Origin: the human T2T-CHM13v2.0 reference genome, Homo sapiens
Strand: one strand, 5' to 3'
DNA: 64,000 nucleotides
NCBI RefSeq assembly: GCF_009914755.1
Contig: NC_060947.1
Part shown: in pieces, positions 39,463-57,344 of the stretch
How positions within the stretch are numbered: position 1 is the stretch's first letter
How the letters are laid out: each line of letters starts with the position of its first letter
Notes under the pieces: generated by a model
The model's input: the letters and a program-made list of their open reading frames with translations, nothing else
What the model was told of the DNA's origin: nothing
Database searches by the model: none
Translations under genes and position numbers: made by a program

Positions 39463-41722
39463 CTTCAGTATTTATTTTGTATTTTTTATGCCCATAGTTT
39501 CTAGCCCAGTATCTTCGTGCTTGATGTTCAGTATCTCCTCATTTGTTATTGCTAAAAGAATGAATGAATGAAGTTCCCAGAAAAATGTCTGGCAAGCTCT
39601 CCAGTATGGTGTTACTGTGTCCTGCACCGTTACTCCTCCCCATGACTTGACTCAAATTTGGGAAGATGGTCTTAGTCCTTACTTTCTCCCACATCAATGG
39701 GAGCACTGTTTCTTTCTAGCAGATAGAAGATAGGCTTTATGCATCCTCCCTTCTTTATGCAACATTGTATATTCAGTGTCTGGGGACATTTAAAATGGTC
39801 TAAAAATTTATTTCAAAAATCTACAGGCAAATCAGGTTTTAGTAATCTATCATGCCACCCCAAAAGTTTTAATGTGGGTATAAAGATTTATTGTGGCACT
39901 GGACCATACATCTAGTGATTTCCGATCTGTATTACTTTATAGTAAAACAAAACAAAATCAAATTATTTTCTCCATAATAGCCGTAACATTTTTTGAAGAA
40001 TGCAACTGGTGTCTCTTAGAATCATCTTTACTCTTGGCTTTAAAAATATCGAAGAATACTACTGGCATCCTTAAGTCATTGATCTGGGTTTATGCTCTCA
40101 GCCTATACCTAGATTGAATACAGTGAACTGGTTTCTGATCAATACCGTCGGAATCTACCCTCTTGTGAACTGGACGTTACTTCTTTTATGCAGCCAAAGA
40201 TGGCAGCAGATGGGCTGTGGTATTAAGTATTGCCAGATGTTTTGTGGCTTATGTTCTGAGAGTCATCACTGCAATATACACATTTCTAAATAAAAATGCA
40301 TCTATAAGAGGCTGAGCTGCAGTTCTAATAGGGCACAGTTCCCATATGCCCTTAGAGCTCTCTATTTTTGCCCAATATCATGGTCAATTGTGAAAAGTGA
40401 GTGCCTGGTATATGTTCTGGGTCTGAGAAAATACCTTCGCTTTCTCTTGTATTGAACAGTGATTATTTCTTACCTTATAACTTCTAAAATTTTCTCTTTT
40501 TATTTCCCCTTATCCACAGAATCTCAGTTGAATTCTATTTTATATAAGCTAATATGCTTCTTTTTATATCTGTTATTTTATATTCCTCTAAGGGTGTCTG
40601 AAAGGGCTCTTAGGACATATGCACTTGGAAAAAATACTTACTTATTTTTTAGCTAACAATTTCCCTAGCTTTATCCAAAGTGAAAACACGTGGGAAACTT
40701 ACTGATTTCACAGGATTATACATTGCATAAATGTTGATACAAGGAAACTGAGACAGAGAGGGGAGCATTTTAGTTAACTAGTGATGATATGGGCCTTGCC
40801 AAATAATTGTCAGGGAGTCCACATTTAAACTCACTAAATAAAATAATGAACACATGGGAGGGGTGGAGTGCCAGCAGCTAACTGTTTATTTCCACTGGGC
40901 GTTCATCCGTTTGTCTCTCAGAGGATTCATAACTACCAACAATTTGTTATTTCTCATTTTGTTGACCTGGAAAATATTATTTTTGATACCAGCATCAAAG
41001 AGAACAACTGTTTATGTAATCATAGACTTTTGCTTCAGAAGCATGCATGGTTTTTTTTAACTTTATTCCAGGGGTGAAAATAATATTTGTAGTGAGCAAT
41101 TTGACTACTAAGCTATTAATCAAATGAGAAGGATTCAGAAGAACTGATTTTAATTCTGGTCTACCACCAACATACTGTGAATGAGTTTCAATGGCTGAAT
41201 ACCTGAATGCTTTCAAATACAGAATGGCAATGTCAAAGTCTGGTTTTCCTGCCTCCCAACTTTTCTGATTGCAAATGAAATGTGAATTTGTTATGATATG
41301 TGAATATTTTCAAAAAGAACTTCTTCATGAGGACTTAAAATATACAAAGCAAGCAGTAAAAACAATAAAAAATATATTTTCAACAGAATATAACACAAAT
41401 ATAAATACTAAGTTCTTCATTTAAGCCAAAATGTGGATAAAATGGCTCCTTTTGTTATTAACAAAGTGGGCCTAGAATACATGCAATCTCCAATTTGTAC
41501 CGTCTACACACATTGTTATTTAAGGAATTTTATTTTGTACCGTGTACAACCACATTCGTTTAAGTGTGTGTGTGTGTATATATTTAAATGTAAGTATACA
41601 TATAAAGATACACACAATTAAATATAAGCATGTATACATACACACTTAAATATAAGTATACATATGTATATATGTGATCATACATATATGTGTATATACA
41701 TATATATATAGAGAGAGAGAGA

Positions 41723-42036
41723 GGCTCATGATTCTACAGGCTGTACAAGCATGGTGCTGACATCTTCTAGGGAGGCCTCAGGGGGCTTTTACTCATAACA
41801 GAAGGTAAAGCAGGAGCAGGCATATCAGATGGCGACAGATGGAGCAAGAGGAATGATGGAGGGAAGATGCCACATGCTTTTAAACAACCATATATGGTGA
41901 GAACTCATGATCTTGAGAACCAAGCCATAAGGGATCTTCTGCCATGACCCAAACACTTCCCACCAGGCCCCACCTCCAACATTGGAGATTACAATTCAAC
42001 ATGAGATTTAGAGGGGACAAAATTCTAACTATATTA
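41723..42036 (-). mobile_element. MSTA/MSTB-like MaLR LTR, 3' end lost in a TA/GA microsatellite
   Basis: ggctcatgattctacaggctgtacaagcatgg...cccaccaggccccacctccaacattggagattacaattcaacatgagattt. Confidence 0.9.
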
Positions 42037-42200
42037 ATTATATTTAATATAAAAATAATACATAAATATTATATATAATTAAAAGTGCTTTTAAACATTT
42101 TCTTGGAAAAACTCTCAAAATCTAAAACTCAGTACTTCATTAATGTAGAATAATTCAATATTTATTTTTGTCAGAAATAACAAGAACATATTAGGAATTG

Positions 42201-42238
42201 GTGTGTGTGCATGTGTGTGTGTGTGTGTGTGTGTGTGT
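42201..42238 (+). repeat. Interrupted (TG)n microsatellite
   Basis: Direct reading. Confidence 0.9.
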
Positions 42239-43215
42239 AATTAAATAATTTTATTCCTCACAAATAATGGTATACTTGGAATTATTTGAGATGTGTCCAG
42301 TCTGGGATTATTTGGAAAGTAATAGCTGTTTAGACACATAACACTTTCTGTGATAGTAACATTTTTATAAGGGCATAAGTATAGTCTTTCCTAACATAAA
42401 ACTACACAAAATTCAGCAATTTTAATAAGCCAACTTAAATTATACATTTTATCTCTCTTAACTATAAACGTGGCAATTTCAAAGTGATGTATGAAAACAA
42501 AACACTATAAATACTTGCAGAAGGTATGCTTTATCTCCTAACTACATTCCACTCCTTTTGCTAGAAAGCAGGATGGTAGTTGTCTTAGCACTGCCAAAGG
42601 AATTCAGAGTGTAGACAGTGCGTGGTTTCAATAATACCATAAAATAGGCTGGATAATTTGTTTGGATAATAATACATTTGAATCTTTACTTTTTACTCAG
42701 TACCAAAGATGAGACTCATTTTTTTAAGGTCAATGAAATATGCAATTAAAAGTTACTTTCACATACCTTCCGTCCATGGGTGTCAGTGCAAATTCTCTGG
42801 GTTCACTTCTCCATAGATCTGTATAGAATCATACAAAATCATTCATGCAAACTGACCTGAAATAGCTTTGAAGTATTGAAAATTCCATTTTACAAGTTCT
42901 TCTGATCAGTAACAAAGTGGTACATCTTCATCTTGATAAAAGCCCCAAAGTATTTTCATTCATTGAAGTGCCTGATTTTGTGGGTTTTGAGAGTAGGAAG
43001 GAGTAATGGGGAGAGCAGGTCATTAAAAAAAAAAAAAAAACAGAGTGCAATCAGCACCAGGAAGGTGGCAGTATGCTGCTTTAAAAGAATTAAACAAATT
43101 GACCCTCTTCTGAATATTTCACTCTGTCTTTGACTAACACTTATTCATTACAATAGCCATTATGCATAAATCAACAGGCCTGGAGAGAGTGGGACACAAA
43201 AATAATTACATTTTG

Positions 43216-45690
<2,475 letters not shown>

Positions 45691-45812
45691 GTGACCATGT
45701 AATTTGTCTTCCCAAATGGGACACATTTGAAAGTAAAAGATAGTACTATGAACAATTATACAGGGGCAATAGGCATAAACCAGGACTGTCCCACAAAAAC
45801 ACTACATATGTC
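45691..45812 (+). mobile_element. MER81-like hAT MITE, first bases cut off by THE1B
   Basis: gtgaccatgtaatttgtcttcccaaatgggacacatttgaaagtaaaag...aggcataaaccaggactgtccc matches recalled MER81. Confidence 0.7.
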
Positions 45813-47770
45813 TTTGTTTAGCAGCTTCTGATAAAGATTACTGGTTACAGAGGAAATCAGTGACATTCAGATACAAGGAGAAATGCTACTAGTCTTGCAA
45901 TACTTGCATGTAAATTAGGGAAAAAATGAGTTCTTTTCTCCTGGTAGATGTATACAGCTCAATACCAGGGTATATGAATTTGGTTACTTTGTGCAGTAAG
46001 TGGTCTTCACAATCATATGCAATAGCCTTATATATGGATTTGTTTTAATGAAATCAAGGCAGAAAAAGTGTTTTTGAAGAAGTTTGAATTTGAGGAAAGA
46101 GGGCTTGAATTTGAATCACTGACAAATAATAACGGATACAAGAAGTGTGGCTGAAATAGCTGATTGTAAATTTCCAAGTGGAGTTTGGCATGAAGTTCAA
46201 GTACGATAGAATTGTATTCATTATCATTAGGCACCAATACTTTTAGAACCATACATTTTCAGGCTTTCGGCTGGTTTTTTCTTTCTCCCTTATCTCAGTT
46301 ACTCAACTTTTCTTAGTATACCATGTAGGGATTTCACCTTGGTATAATCTAGACTATCTTTCTGATAGAAGGCTAACACCTATAAAGTATTATTTGGAAC
46401 AAGAATATTTAATGTACAAATTATAAACTATATTTTACTAAGCCACTATTGCCCTGTTGGTTTCTTGGTAAATCACTCCATATTTTAGAATTATAGCAAG
46501 GGCATAGTCTCTTAGTCTAAGACATTTGAACACAAAATATTCTTAAGCTGTGAGTACTGTTTTTTTTCCACTATTTCAAAAAAAATACAGATAACTATCA
46601 AAAACTTCTACTGACCAACCAGGGCCCTAGACATCTTAATAAACATTGAGATGTGAATTTTATTTTTAGACTTTCCATTTAAACTTAAATCCACTAGATA
46701 ATTGTCAACTATATTTTCAGCTTTCTGTTGTGTAGATGCAGTTTAAATATTAATTTCCATAGGAGAAATACAAATAAACTAAGAAAGTGAAATTTAAAAC
46801 AAACAACACTCCTTGTTTTTATTTTTAAGATAGTCTTCCCAAAATGTCCCTTGAAAATCTCTAAGAAAGAGCAGAGTTAATTTCCTTAGTGGAACAAAAT
46901 ATCCTGACTAATCAAAATAATATTTTCAGATCTCTTATTCAAAGGATTACGGTTTAGTTAAAGAATAAGGAGTAAGGAAGTTATGTTTGATGCAAAACAA
47001 GCCTGGCACCAGTAGGGATGCTACTTCAGGAATAATATATTGTCCTTATTACTCTGCTGATATATAGATATGACAATAAATAGACATTATCTTAAGGTGA
47101 TAACAGCATTCTACCAGATCCAGAATAGATAAATTGCATCGTGTAGTTTCTTGATTTAATATACACATGAATTTTTAAAAGACCAAAGCAAAACTTATTT
47201 CTATATGGAAATGACAAGGAATGAAGAGACAAAGATAACTGCGTGTGCTTTGTTCAACCCTGCTGTCATGCATTGCATCGCATTGAAAACATTTTTATTC
47301 AATTTTAAACCTGTTGATTGATGAGCTATTTTTAGTATTCTTTCTCTTGGAAATGTACCAGGTATGTACACACATAATGCAATTTGTTTCTCACATACAA
47401 AACACTTTAAATTGAGTAAAAACAAACAGCTTTCTAATTTCATGACATGTGGAAAAGAAATTATATTATGAATTTGCAGTAAAAATGAAATGATAGAAGT
47501 GAATTCCCTCATCTATTCTTCTTCAACTTGAGGGGATCTTAACTAAGAAAGTGGTATAGAAGGTAGTATGAGCCAATAATAAAACCAACTATTAAAAAAC
47601 ATTACATTTTTAAATGTTCTAGTAATGTATTGATCTGCATATTACCCCAGCACTTTTACATAACTTGTAAATTTTGAAAGTTTGCCTTTGTGGCAAGTTA
47701 ATGACAATGAGCGCTATCTCTTTCAATTTAGGAAAATTCATCTATTTAAAGTGACCTGTACTTACAGCTT

Positions 47771-48082
<312 letters not shown>

Positions 48083-48689
48083 TAACTTTGTAATTTGAAA
48101 GCTATCGAGCCAGTACAAGAAATAAAATCCTGCCTCTATGATAATAGATTTAGAAGCCTCTAATGCAACATTGCTAGTAATACGATTTTGGAAGCAATTT
48201 CAGCCCACAAAGTCAAGCAATGATCTGTAGGATTGATTTTACTTCACTGAGGGTATATTAATGTGCCATTACTTTGGATTTCAGAAATAACAAATGTGTT
48301 TCACTATATACATGAAAACAGTGAAGTCAAGGTTGATTTTGAATTACTACATTATTTAATACACATACACCTATTTTTAAAAATATTATTTAAAATTAGA
48401 TATTTGGGAACTATTATAATGTGTCAGGTTAATTTTCTGTGGTTTCTAACAGGTAAACTTCTGTTGATCAAATGCATTATTGTAATCTATTATGATACAA
48501 AAATGCTCTGTGTTAGGACATATGGATAAGTTCCAGTTTCTAGGCTGACCTTAAAGTGCTAATTTTGGTCTTCTGGTAATAAGGACAGAGATTAATCATG
48601 AGTTTTCCCGCTAGACATGAAAAATAATAATTTATTTCATATTTGGGAATGTGAATTTCAAAAGATGAAAAAACATCCTCAATAGTTAA

Positions 48690-48783
48690 TGCCATCTAGT
48701 GCTGAACACATAGCAATGGCAAAGAATGGGTGAAATGCTGTAACAACACAGAAAATATACAGAGTACAGAGCCACCTAGTGGT
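48690..48783 (-). promoter_or_regulatory. Pair of co-oriented CTCF-like motifs
   Basis: Minus strand CCACTAGGTGGC (48771-48782) and GCACTAGATGGCA (48690-48702); motif only. Confidence 0.45.
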
Positions 48784-48923
48784 TATTTTAGCATTTCAAA
48801 ATAGTCATATCTACTTGGATAAATGAATTATTAAGTATTAGGTGTCCCACAATTCTAAAACATTTTCAGTTTTTAGATGGCATCAAATTTAATTTCATTC
48901 CATGAATCTTGACTGTCTGTAAT

Positions 48924-49282
48924 AAAGGTCAGCAAACAATGGCCTGTGGGCAAAATGTAGCTTACCACCTATTTCTGCATAGTGCATAAGCTAACAATGG
49001 TTTTTACATTTGTATATAGTTGAAAAACCCCAAAGAAAAATAATACTTTGTGACACATGAAGATTCTATAAAATTGTAATTTTATTGCTTATATATATTT
49101 TTGCTTATATATAATTTTATTGCTTATATATAACTGGAACACAACCTTGCTCATTTGTTTACATGTCTCTCGTTGCTTTGGACTACAATGAAAGAGAAAA
49201 GTAGTTGGAACTATACGTGGCCTGTAAAGCCTAAAATTTACTATCGGGCCCTTTACAAAAAACAAATTTGTTGGCTTCTACT
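48924..49282 (+). mobile_element. MER58B hAT-Charlie MITE
   Basis: ggtcagcaaacaatggcctgtgggcaaaat...aagctaacaatggtttttacattt...gcctaaaatttactatcgggccctttaca. Confidence 0.85.
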
Positions 49283-49357
49283 CTAAAATATGTTGCAATT
49301 TGAAAAACACGCCAAGAAAGAAAGAATGCATGCATATATTTTATGTAGTGTGTGTAA

Positions 49358-49821
49358 TATAAAATGTGATATACGAAATGGCATCACTCTGGTTCAAAAC
49401 ACAAAAATAAAGTTCAGGAAGCTATTTCAAGAAGATTGCCTGCATTACCTGCAAAAAGAAAACAGAAACAAACAAAAAACCAGGAACTTGCCTTGAACCT
49501 TTGAACTGGGCCAAACTGCAATGACCACAACATCCTGGAAAACAGCCGGATTTCACCAACACTGCAAATTCCTGAACAGCAACAACCAATGAACTACGGA
49601 TTTGTGTACTAAGCCAGCTGCCTCCATCAATGATCATTCTTTCAAAGCAACTTGTGTAATCACCTTTAGCTTCCCTTCAAAAACCCTTACTTCCCTCCCT
49701 TTCTTCTGAACGCAATTTGGCTTCTAGCCAAATATGTGTCTTCCAAATAGCAATTCCTAAGACACCAATAAATGCCTAGTCTTACTGCACTGCAGTGTGG
49801 TCTTTCGCCTCTTGGTTGACA
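49358..49821 (+). mobile_element. ERV1 (MER4-group, possibly MER67-like) solo LTR
   Basis: gaactgggccaaactgc, accaatg CCAAT box, caataaa poly(A) signal, terminal ggttgaca; gtaa flanks both sides; left end uncertain. Confidence 0.6.
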
Positions 49822-50864
49822 GTAATATATGTGTTTGTACATCTGTGTAAATCTGGTTTCTTTACTATATCTATTATTCATATCATTTATTTTGTTCCAA
49901 TTATACATTATAATTATATGTATATATATTATATACAATTATACATTATATGTATATTATATGATTTTTTGTACAGCTTTATTCTTGGGGATTCTAGGAC
50001 ACAGGCTTCAAGTTTTGGCTCCATTATTGTTTTCTTTATCCTTTTCTCCACTGATGGTTCATGCAGCTTCCTGAGTGCACAAAGCCTCCAAGACATTCCT
50101 GTGATCCATAGCCCCACATTGGACTGTCCAAGTGTGCTTCACACCATCTGGGTGATTTCTTTACAAAGGCCCCACAGGGGTGAAGAGTTGTAAATCATTG
50201 CTTGGCATTTCCAAAGGGCTCAATAGATGGACATTCTATTAACACTGCATGAGGAGGAGAGGCCAGCCTCCATCTTCCCTGTCCAGAGATTTTGATAGTA
50301 TGATGCCTCTATAAAATGGAATGAAGCCCAAAATAAATATAGAGATGCCAATGCTAAAGGGTGGAAAACTCCAGTAAAATTACTCTAAGAAATAATCAGG
50401 CATTGTGGCTGCCTTTTACATGTGAAAAGGGAAGGATGCAAAACTGCAAGAGAGAGATGAATTAATGTATTTCTGCTGCTGTGGACATTAGGCTGCTGTG
50501 ATTGTGGCAAAATGATTTTGAAACATTCGTGAGATTTGCCTGATATTTATCTTCTCAGACTTCCCTGACAAATATAATTAATTTATAGTTTGGTTTGTAA
50601 AACATTGAGACATAACAAACATTAAAATACATTTTTAAGATGCATTGGTTTGAAAATCATCATTTAAATTTTTATTCCTCCTTGCATTTTACAACCTTAA
50701 TTTTACTAATAACGATGCTATTTGAAGATAATACAAAGAAGAAATTTTTATATAAATAGAACATAGAAACTTCATATGAGGTCTCTACTCTAACCCCTTT
50801 TGCCCAATAGAAGAGGCTCCTCGTGAATATTTTTGTCAATACCTGTTAAGAAACAGAAATAATT

Positions 50865-51000
50865 GGGGTTGTAATTGCTCCACATTCTGGCCAACACTTA
50901 TCTTTTGTGGTTGTTGGTGTTTTGTTTTGTTTTTTCATGACAGCCATCTTAAGAGGTAGGAGGTAAAATGTCATCGTGATTGTGACTTGCATTTTCATTA
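50865..51000 (-). mobile_element. Old L1 ORF2 3' fragment
   Basis: gctccacattctggccaacactt...cagccatcttaagaggtaggaggt...ttgcatttt. Confidence 0.65.
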
Positions 51001-51039
51001 TTATTAATATAAAATATGTCACGTTATCTGAAATCTGTA

Positions 51040-51165
51040 GCTCTGAAATATGAGTATTGATATAAACATTATTGATGAGGAAATTGAAATAAGAATGATT
51101 AAATTATCTGTCCAACCTAAAACAGCTTGTAGGTGGTGAAGCTTTGTTTTGAATCAAGATCATTG
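51040..51165 (-). mobile_element. MIR fragment
   Basis: gatgaggaaattgaa...gattaaattatctgtccaa...acagcttgtaggtgg...tttgaatcaagatc. Confidence 0.55.
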
Positions 51166-51882
51166 TTTTAAATTAATAAGTATAGTGCTTAGTACCAGTT
51201 GAGGTTTAATAATACATCTATTGTATTACTAATTTTGTACCACATTTATAATAAAACTAAAATGTTTATTATTGTTGAAAAATGAAGCAATTAGTGTTCT
51301 GTTGGAGAATGGAGTTACAGCGGTGCTGAGCCAGGGACCCAGCATCACCTCAATTGTTTCTGGCCCAGCAAGATCTTTCCTATTACCTTCCCAAGGGAGG
51401 TGCATAAAAGGCACAGAAAAGAAGAACAATCTTTGTTATTCAGTGGGGTTTTAGCTCCAAATTCCAAAGTAGAGCACTGCAAAGCAACATAGATCACCCC
51501 TGGAAGGCTAAATAATCCTTGGTCTAGAGGACAGAAGACATAGAACCCAGAATCAAAGCAGTCTAAGTGGTCTTCTAGCTTTCAAGGCCCCACACCAAAT
51601 TTATTATTTACTATTTTAATTAGAAAAAAAGGCTGCACCCAATTTTCATCTTAATTGCTGGCCATTGGACCCCACTTCCGTGAACGAGAAAAGGTGCGTA
51701 AATGGAGAAAAAAAGGTAAAGCCATCCAGATGAGGCCAAACCCTATGGGTGAGGAAGAAGTGAGGGTGTGAGGTAGGGTGAAAAAGATCAAGTTCATTTG
51801 ACAGGACTCTTTAAGGACTTAGAACACTAAATCCAATCAAGGATTGACCTACTAAATAAGGACCCTTGCATACTGGATGCAC

Positions 51883-51886
<4 letters not shown>

Positions 51887-51940
<54 letters not shown>
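51887..51940 (+). repeat. Perfect (TG)27 microsatellite
   Basis: Direct reading. Confidence 0.97.
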
Positions 51941-51945
<5 letters not shown>

Positions 51946-52354
51946 TGATCATAACTATATATTGAAGAAAGAATAATGAAAAAAGGAGACCTTGAATGTT
52001 TCAGAAAGACTGTAGATTTACTAATGGAGAAGTTGCCTATTCATTTGTTTAACATTTGGAGTTCTATTTTTATTAATTTAAATTCTACCTCTATTTCCCT
52101 TATAACTTCCGCTCAACAATTACTTCTAGTTTTACTTCTAGTTCTGCCTTCTGGAAATATATATATAAAGTTGATGTGACACATTTGCTCATGAAACTGC
52201 AGCAATTACAAGATTTATCCTTTATCACATCAGATGCAAAACTTGATCACTACTCCCTCCCTACACATACATACACACAGAGGCAGCAAAAAGTTAACAT
52301 CTGAATGCATATAGAATTTAAAGTATAATAATAAAGAAAAAAAAGAATGCCGAA

Positions 52355-53520
52355 TTTATAGATATGATCCCAAAAGCAAGGCAACAAAAGCAAAAAAAAA
52401 AAAAATAGGATTACATTAAACTAAAAAGCTCCTGCAAAGCAAACGAAATAGTCAACAGAGTGAAGGGACAACCTAAAGAATGGGAGAACATCTTTGCAAA
52501 GCATACATCTGATAAAGGGTTAATATCCAAAATATATAAGGGACTCAAACAACTCAATAATAAACAACCCGATTTTAAAATGGGCAAAGGATCTGAACAG
52601 ACATTTCTCAAAAAAAAGGTATACAAATGGCCAACAGACATGAAAAAATGCTCAACATCCCTAATTATCAGAGAAATGCAAATTAAAACAATGAAATATT
52701 ACCTTGTATTTGTTAGAATGCTTACTAACAAAAAGGTGAAACATAAGTGTTGGAAGAATATGAGGAAAAGAAAGCCATTGTACAATGTTGGTGGGAATGG
52801 AAATTAGCACAGCAATTATGGAAAATAGTATGGAGGTTCATCAAAAAATTAAAAATAGAATTACCATATGATCCAGCAATCCTACTACTGCTTATATATC
52901 CAAAGAAAATGAAATCAGTAAGTTGAAGAGATATTTTCACTCCCATATTCACTGCAGCATTATGCACAATAGCCAAAATATGGAATCAACCTAAATATCC
53001 ATCAACTGCTGAATGGATAGAGAAAATGTGGTAAATATGTACAACAGAATACTAGTCAGCCTTTAAAAAGAAGAAATTCTGTTATTTGACACAGCATAGA
53101 TGAAACTCGATGACATTATGTTAAGTGAAATAAGCCAAGACACAGAAAGACAAATACTGCATGAGCTCACTTATATGTGGAATCTAAACAGTTAAACTCA
53201 CAGACACAGAGAATAAAATGGTGGTCCTAGAATCTTAGTGGGAGGATTGGATAGATGTTGGACAAAGGATACAAAATTTCAGTTACATGGGAGTAATAAG
53301 TTCAAAAGATCTATTGTACAACATGATGACTATAGTTTATAACAGCATATTGTATTTTTGTAAATTGCTAAGAGATTAGATCTTAAGCGTTCTCACCACA
53401 AAAAAATTTAAGTATGTAAGATAATGGATATGTTAATTAGCTTGATTTAGCCATTGTACATGGTGTTAAATATACGTGATTTTTATTTGCCAACTAAAAA
53501 GGTTTTTTAAAAAAAATAAA
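52355..53520 (+). mobile_element. 5'-truncated L1MA6-8-like element
   Basis: ORF 52460-52807 [26 protein letters not shown]...; 3' UTR to gatttttatttgccaactaaaa. Confidence 0.92.
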
Positions 53521-53780
53521 AGGAACCTGACTTAAGGATACCATAATCTTTTAAAGTGGGCTGCTGACAAATCTGCCTAATCCTTGCCCTAGAAAGACAC
53601 ATTCTTTATTATCCTGAATAGTGAACAAATAGGCCCTTTGTTGCCTATCCCAGAAGGAGACAATATTTCTGTCTTTCAAGTGGTTCGCCATACAAACATC
53701 CTTGAAAAGATAGTTTAGGACAAAAGCTAATTCAAGGTGTGCAAAATGCAAGGGACCCATGGAAAATTATCTCCCAAATA
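53521..53780 (-). mobile_element. LTR40-like ERVL LTR, 5' half
   Basis: Reverse complement reads ttgggagataattttccatgggtcccttgcatt...ctatcttttcaaggatgtttgtatggcgaac. Confidence 0.65.
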
Positions 53781-54256
53781 TATATGTGTGTGTGTATATA
53801 TATATAAAATTTATACTCATAAAAGTTAATTTTTGCATAAATTGGATCCATTTTTTAGTGACATGCTTTTCTTTATGGACATCTTACCTTGTCAGTATAC
53901 CTCATTCTTCTCAACAGCTACACAGTATTGCATAGGGTCAACATGCCATAATTTATTATAATTCTGAACTACTTCCCTATTAATGTTCATCTAAATTTTC
54001 CCCGATATCTTGCTGTTACCAAAAGATGCTGGGATAGATATGCTTTTGTAACGATGCTTCAGTATTTCTATAGCAAAGATTAATAAAAAATGAAATTTCT
54101 TTCTCAAAACACGTGCATTGAAACATTTGAAGGATAGGTACAAGTTGTCTATGTCAAATTATGTACCCCCAACAGTATGAGTTTCCAAGCTCTATTTTCC
54201 AGAGTGCTAACATACTTATATGCTCCCATTAAGGATGAACCGATGAAAAGATATGA

Positions 54257-56227
<1,971 letters not shown>

Positions 56228-57344
56228 AAAATTATCATTGGGTAGTACTTTTTGAAAACTAAAAAATGTAATTTTGCCCTCTGTACCAAATTTATTCCTA
56301 TACAAATGCTGGAAGCTGGCTATTATTAGTTTCAATTTTAAATAAATAAAGGGAAGCATTTCAATAAATGAGAAAACTATGGAAAAGAGAGAAGTAATCA
56401 GAGCTTCCAGTGTTAATTTCTTATATTTTTGTATTCAATGCTGCCGCCTTCCCTGAGACAAATAAGGTATACGCAATCTATGAGGCCATACATCAAAAGG
56501 AATGCAAGAACTTCCTACTGGAGCATTTCTACAATGTATTTTATCCCACATAAGCAACTTTGCTACATAGCTTCATCACGTTTTCCAAAACTGAGTTTCA
56601 TGGCAGTGGACTTGAGACTAGGGATTCTTACTGAGCTTGATGTCAACTAAAACTTGTTTGGTTTTTGTTGTTTTGTGTTTTTGTTTGTTATTTGATGCTG
56701 CTGCTTCTGTTGTTATACTTTTAAAATAAACTGCCACTTAGCTGGGTATCCCCAACCTATTTGTGTGTGTAGGTATAATGTTGTATTTTACTTCTGAATG
56801 AATAACTTAATACGACTCCTAAATGCATCACCTTGCCAACTTCAGCTCATATTTCCAGATTGTCAAGATCTTTTCACACTTGATTCTGTCTTCTATCATA
56901 TTTGCTGACTCTTCCATTTCTACATCATCCATTATTTAATAAATACAGAATTCATTCAACTCACTTATTAAAGTGTTGAACAAGACGTATCCAAACCCAA
57001 GCACATACCTATGCCAGCAATATCTTATCTGAGGGTGGACATCATTCTCTTTACAAGCCTGTCTTGATTTTCATCAGTAGAGCAATGGCCATGAATTCAA
57101 TCCAATGTCACTGGGTCAGGTGTAGGGTACACAAGATGACTGTAGTAAAATGAAATGCTAATGGAAGGGAGAAAGCTGCCACTTTTCACATATATCTGTA
57201 GTTATGTAGGCTTCATGGGAAAGGTAGTGTAAAAAGATAGCACATACATAGAATTAAATTCTAGTAAAATAAGATGAGCTTAATTTATTCATTTTGAGCA
57301 TTGATATAATGAATAATTTTACTTATATATTTATTTATTTTTAG

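Noticed and set aside
40190-40215. CTCF-like ccaaagatggcagc
   Set aside because: The 5' half of the core is out of register; weak match
41560-41722. Quasi-palindromic TA/CA tract
   Set aside because: Self-complementarity is intrinsic to low-complexity TA/TG/CA sequence
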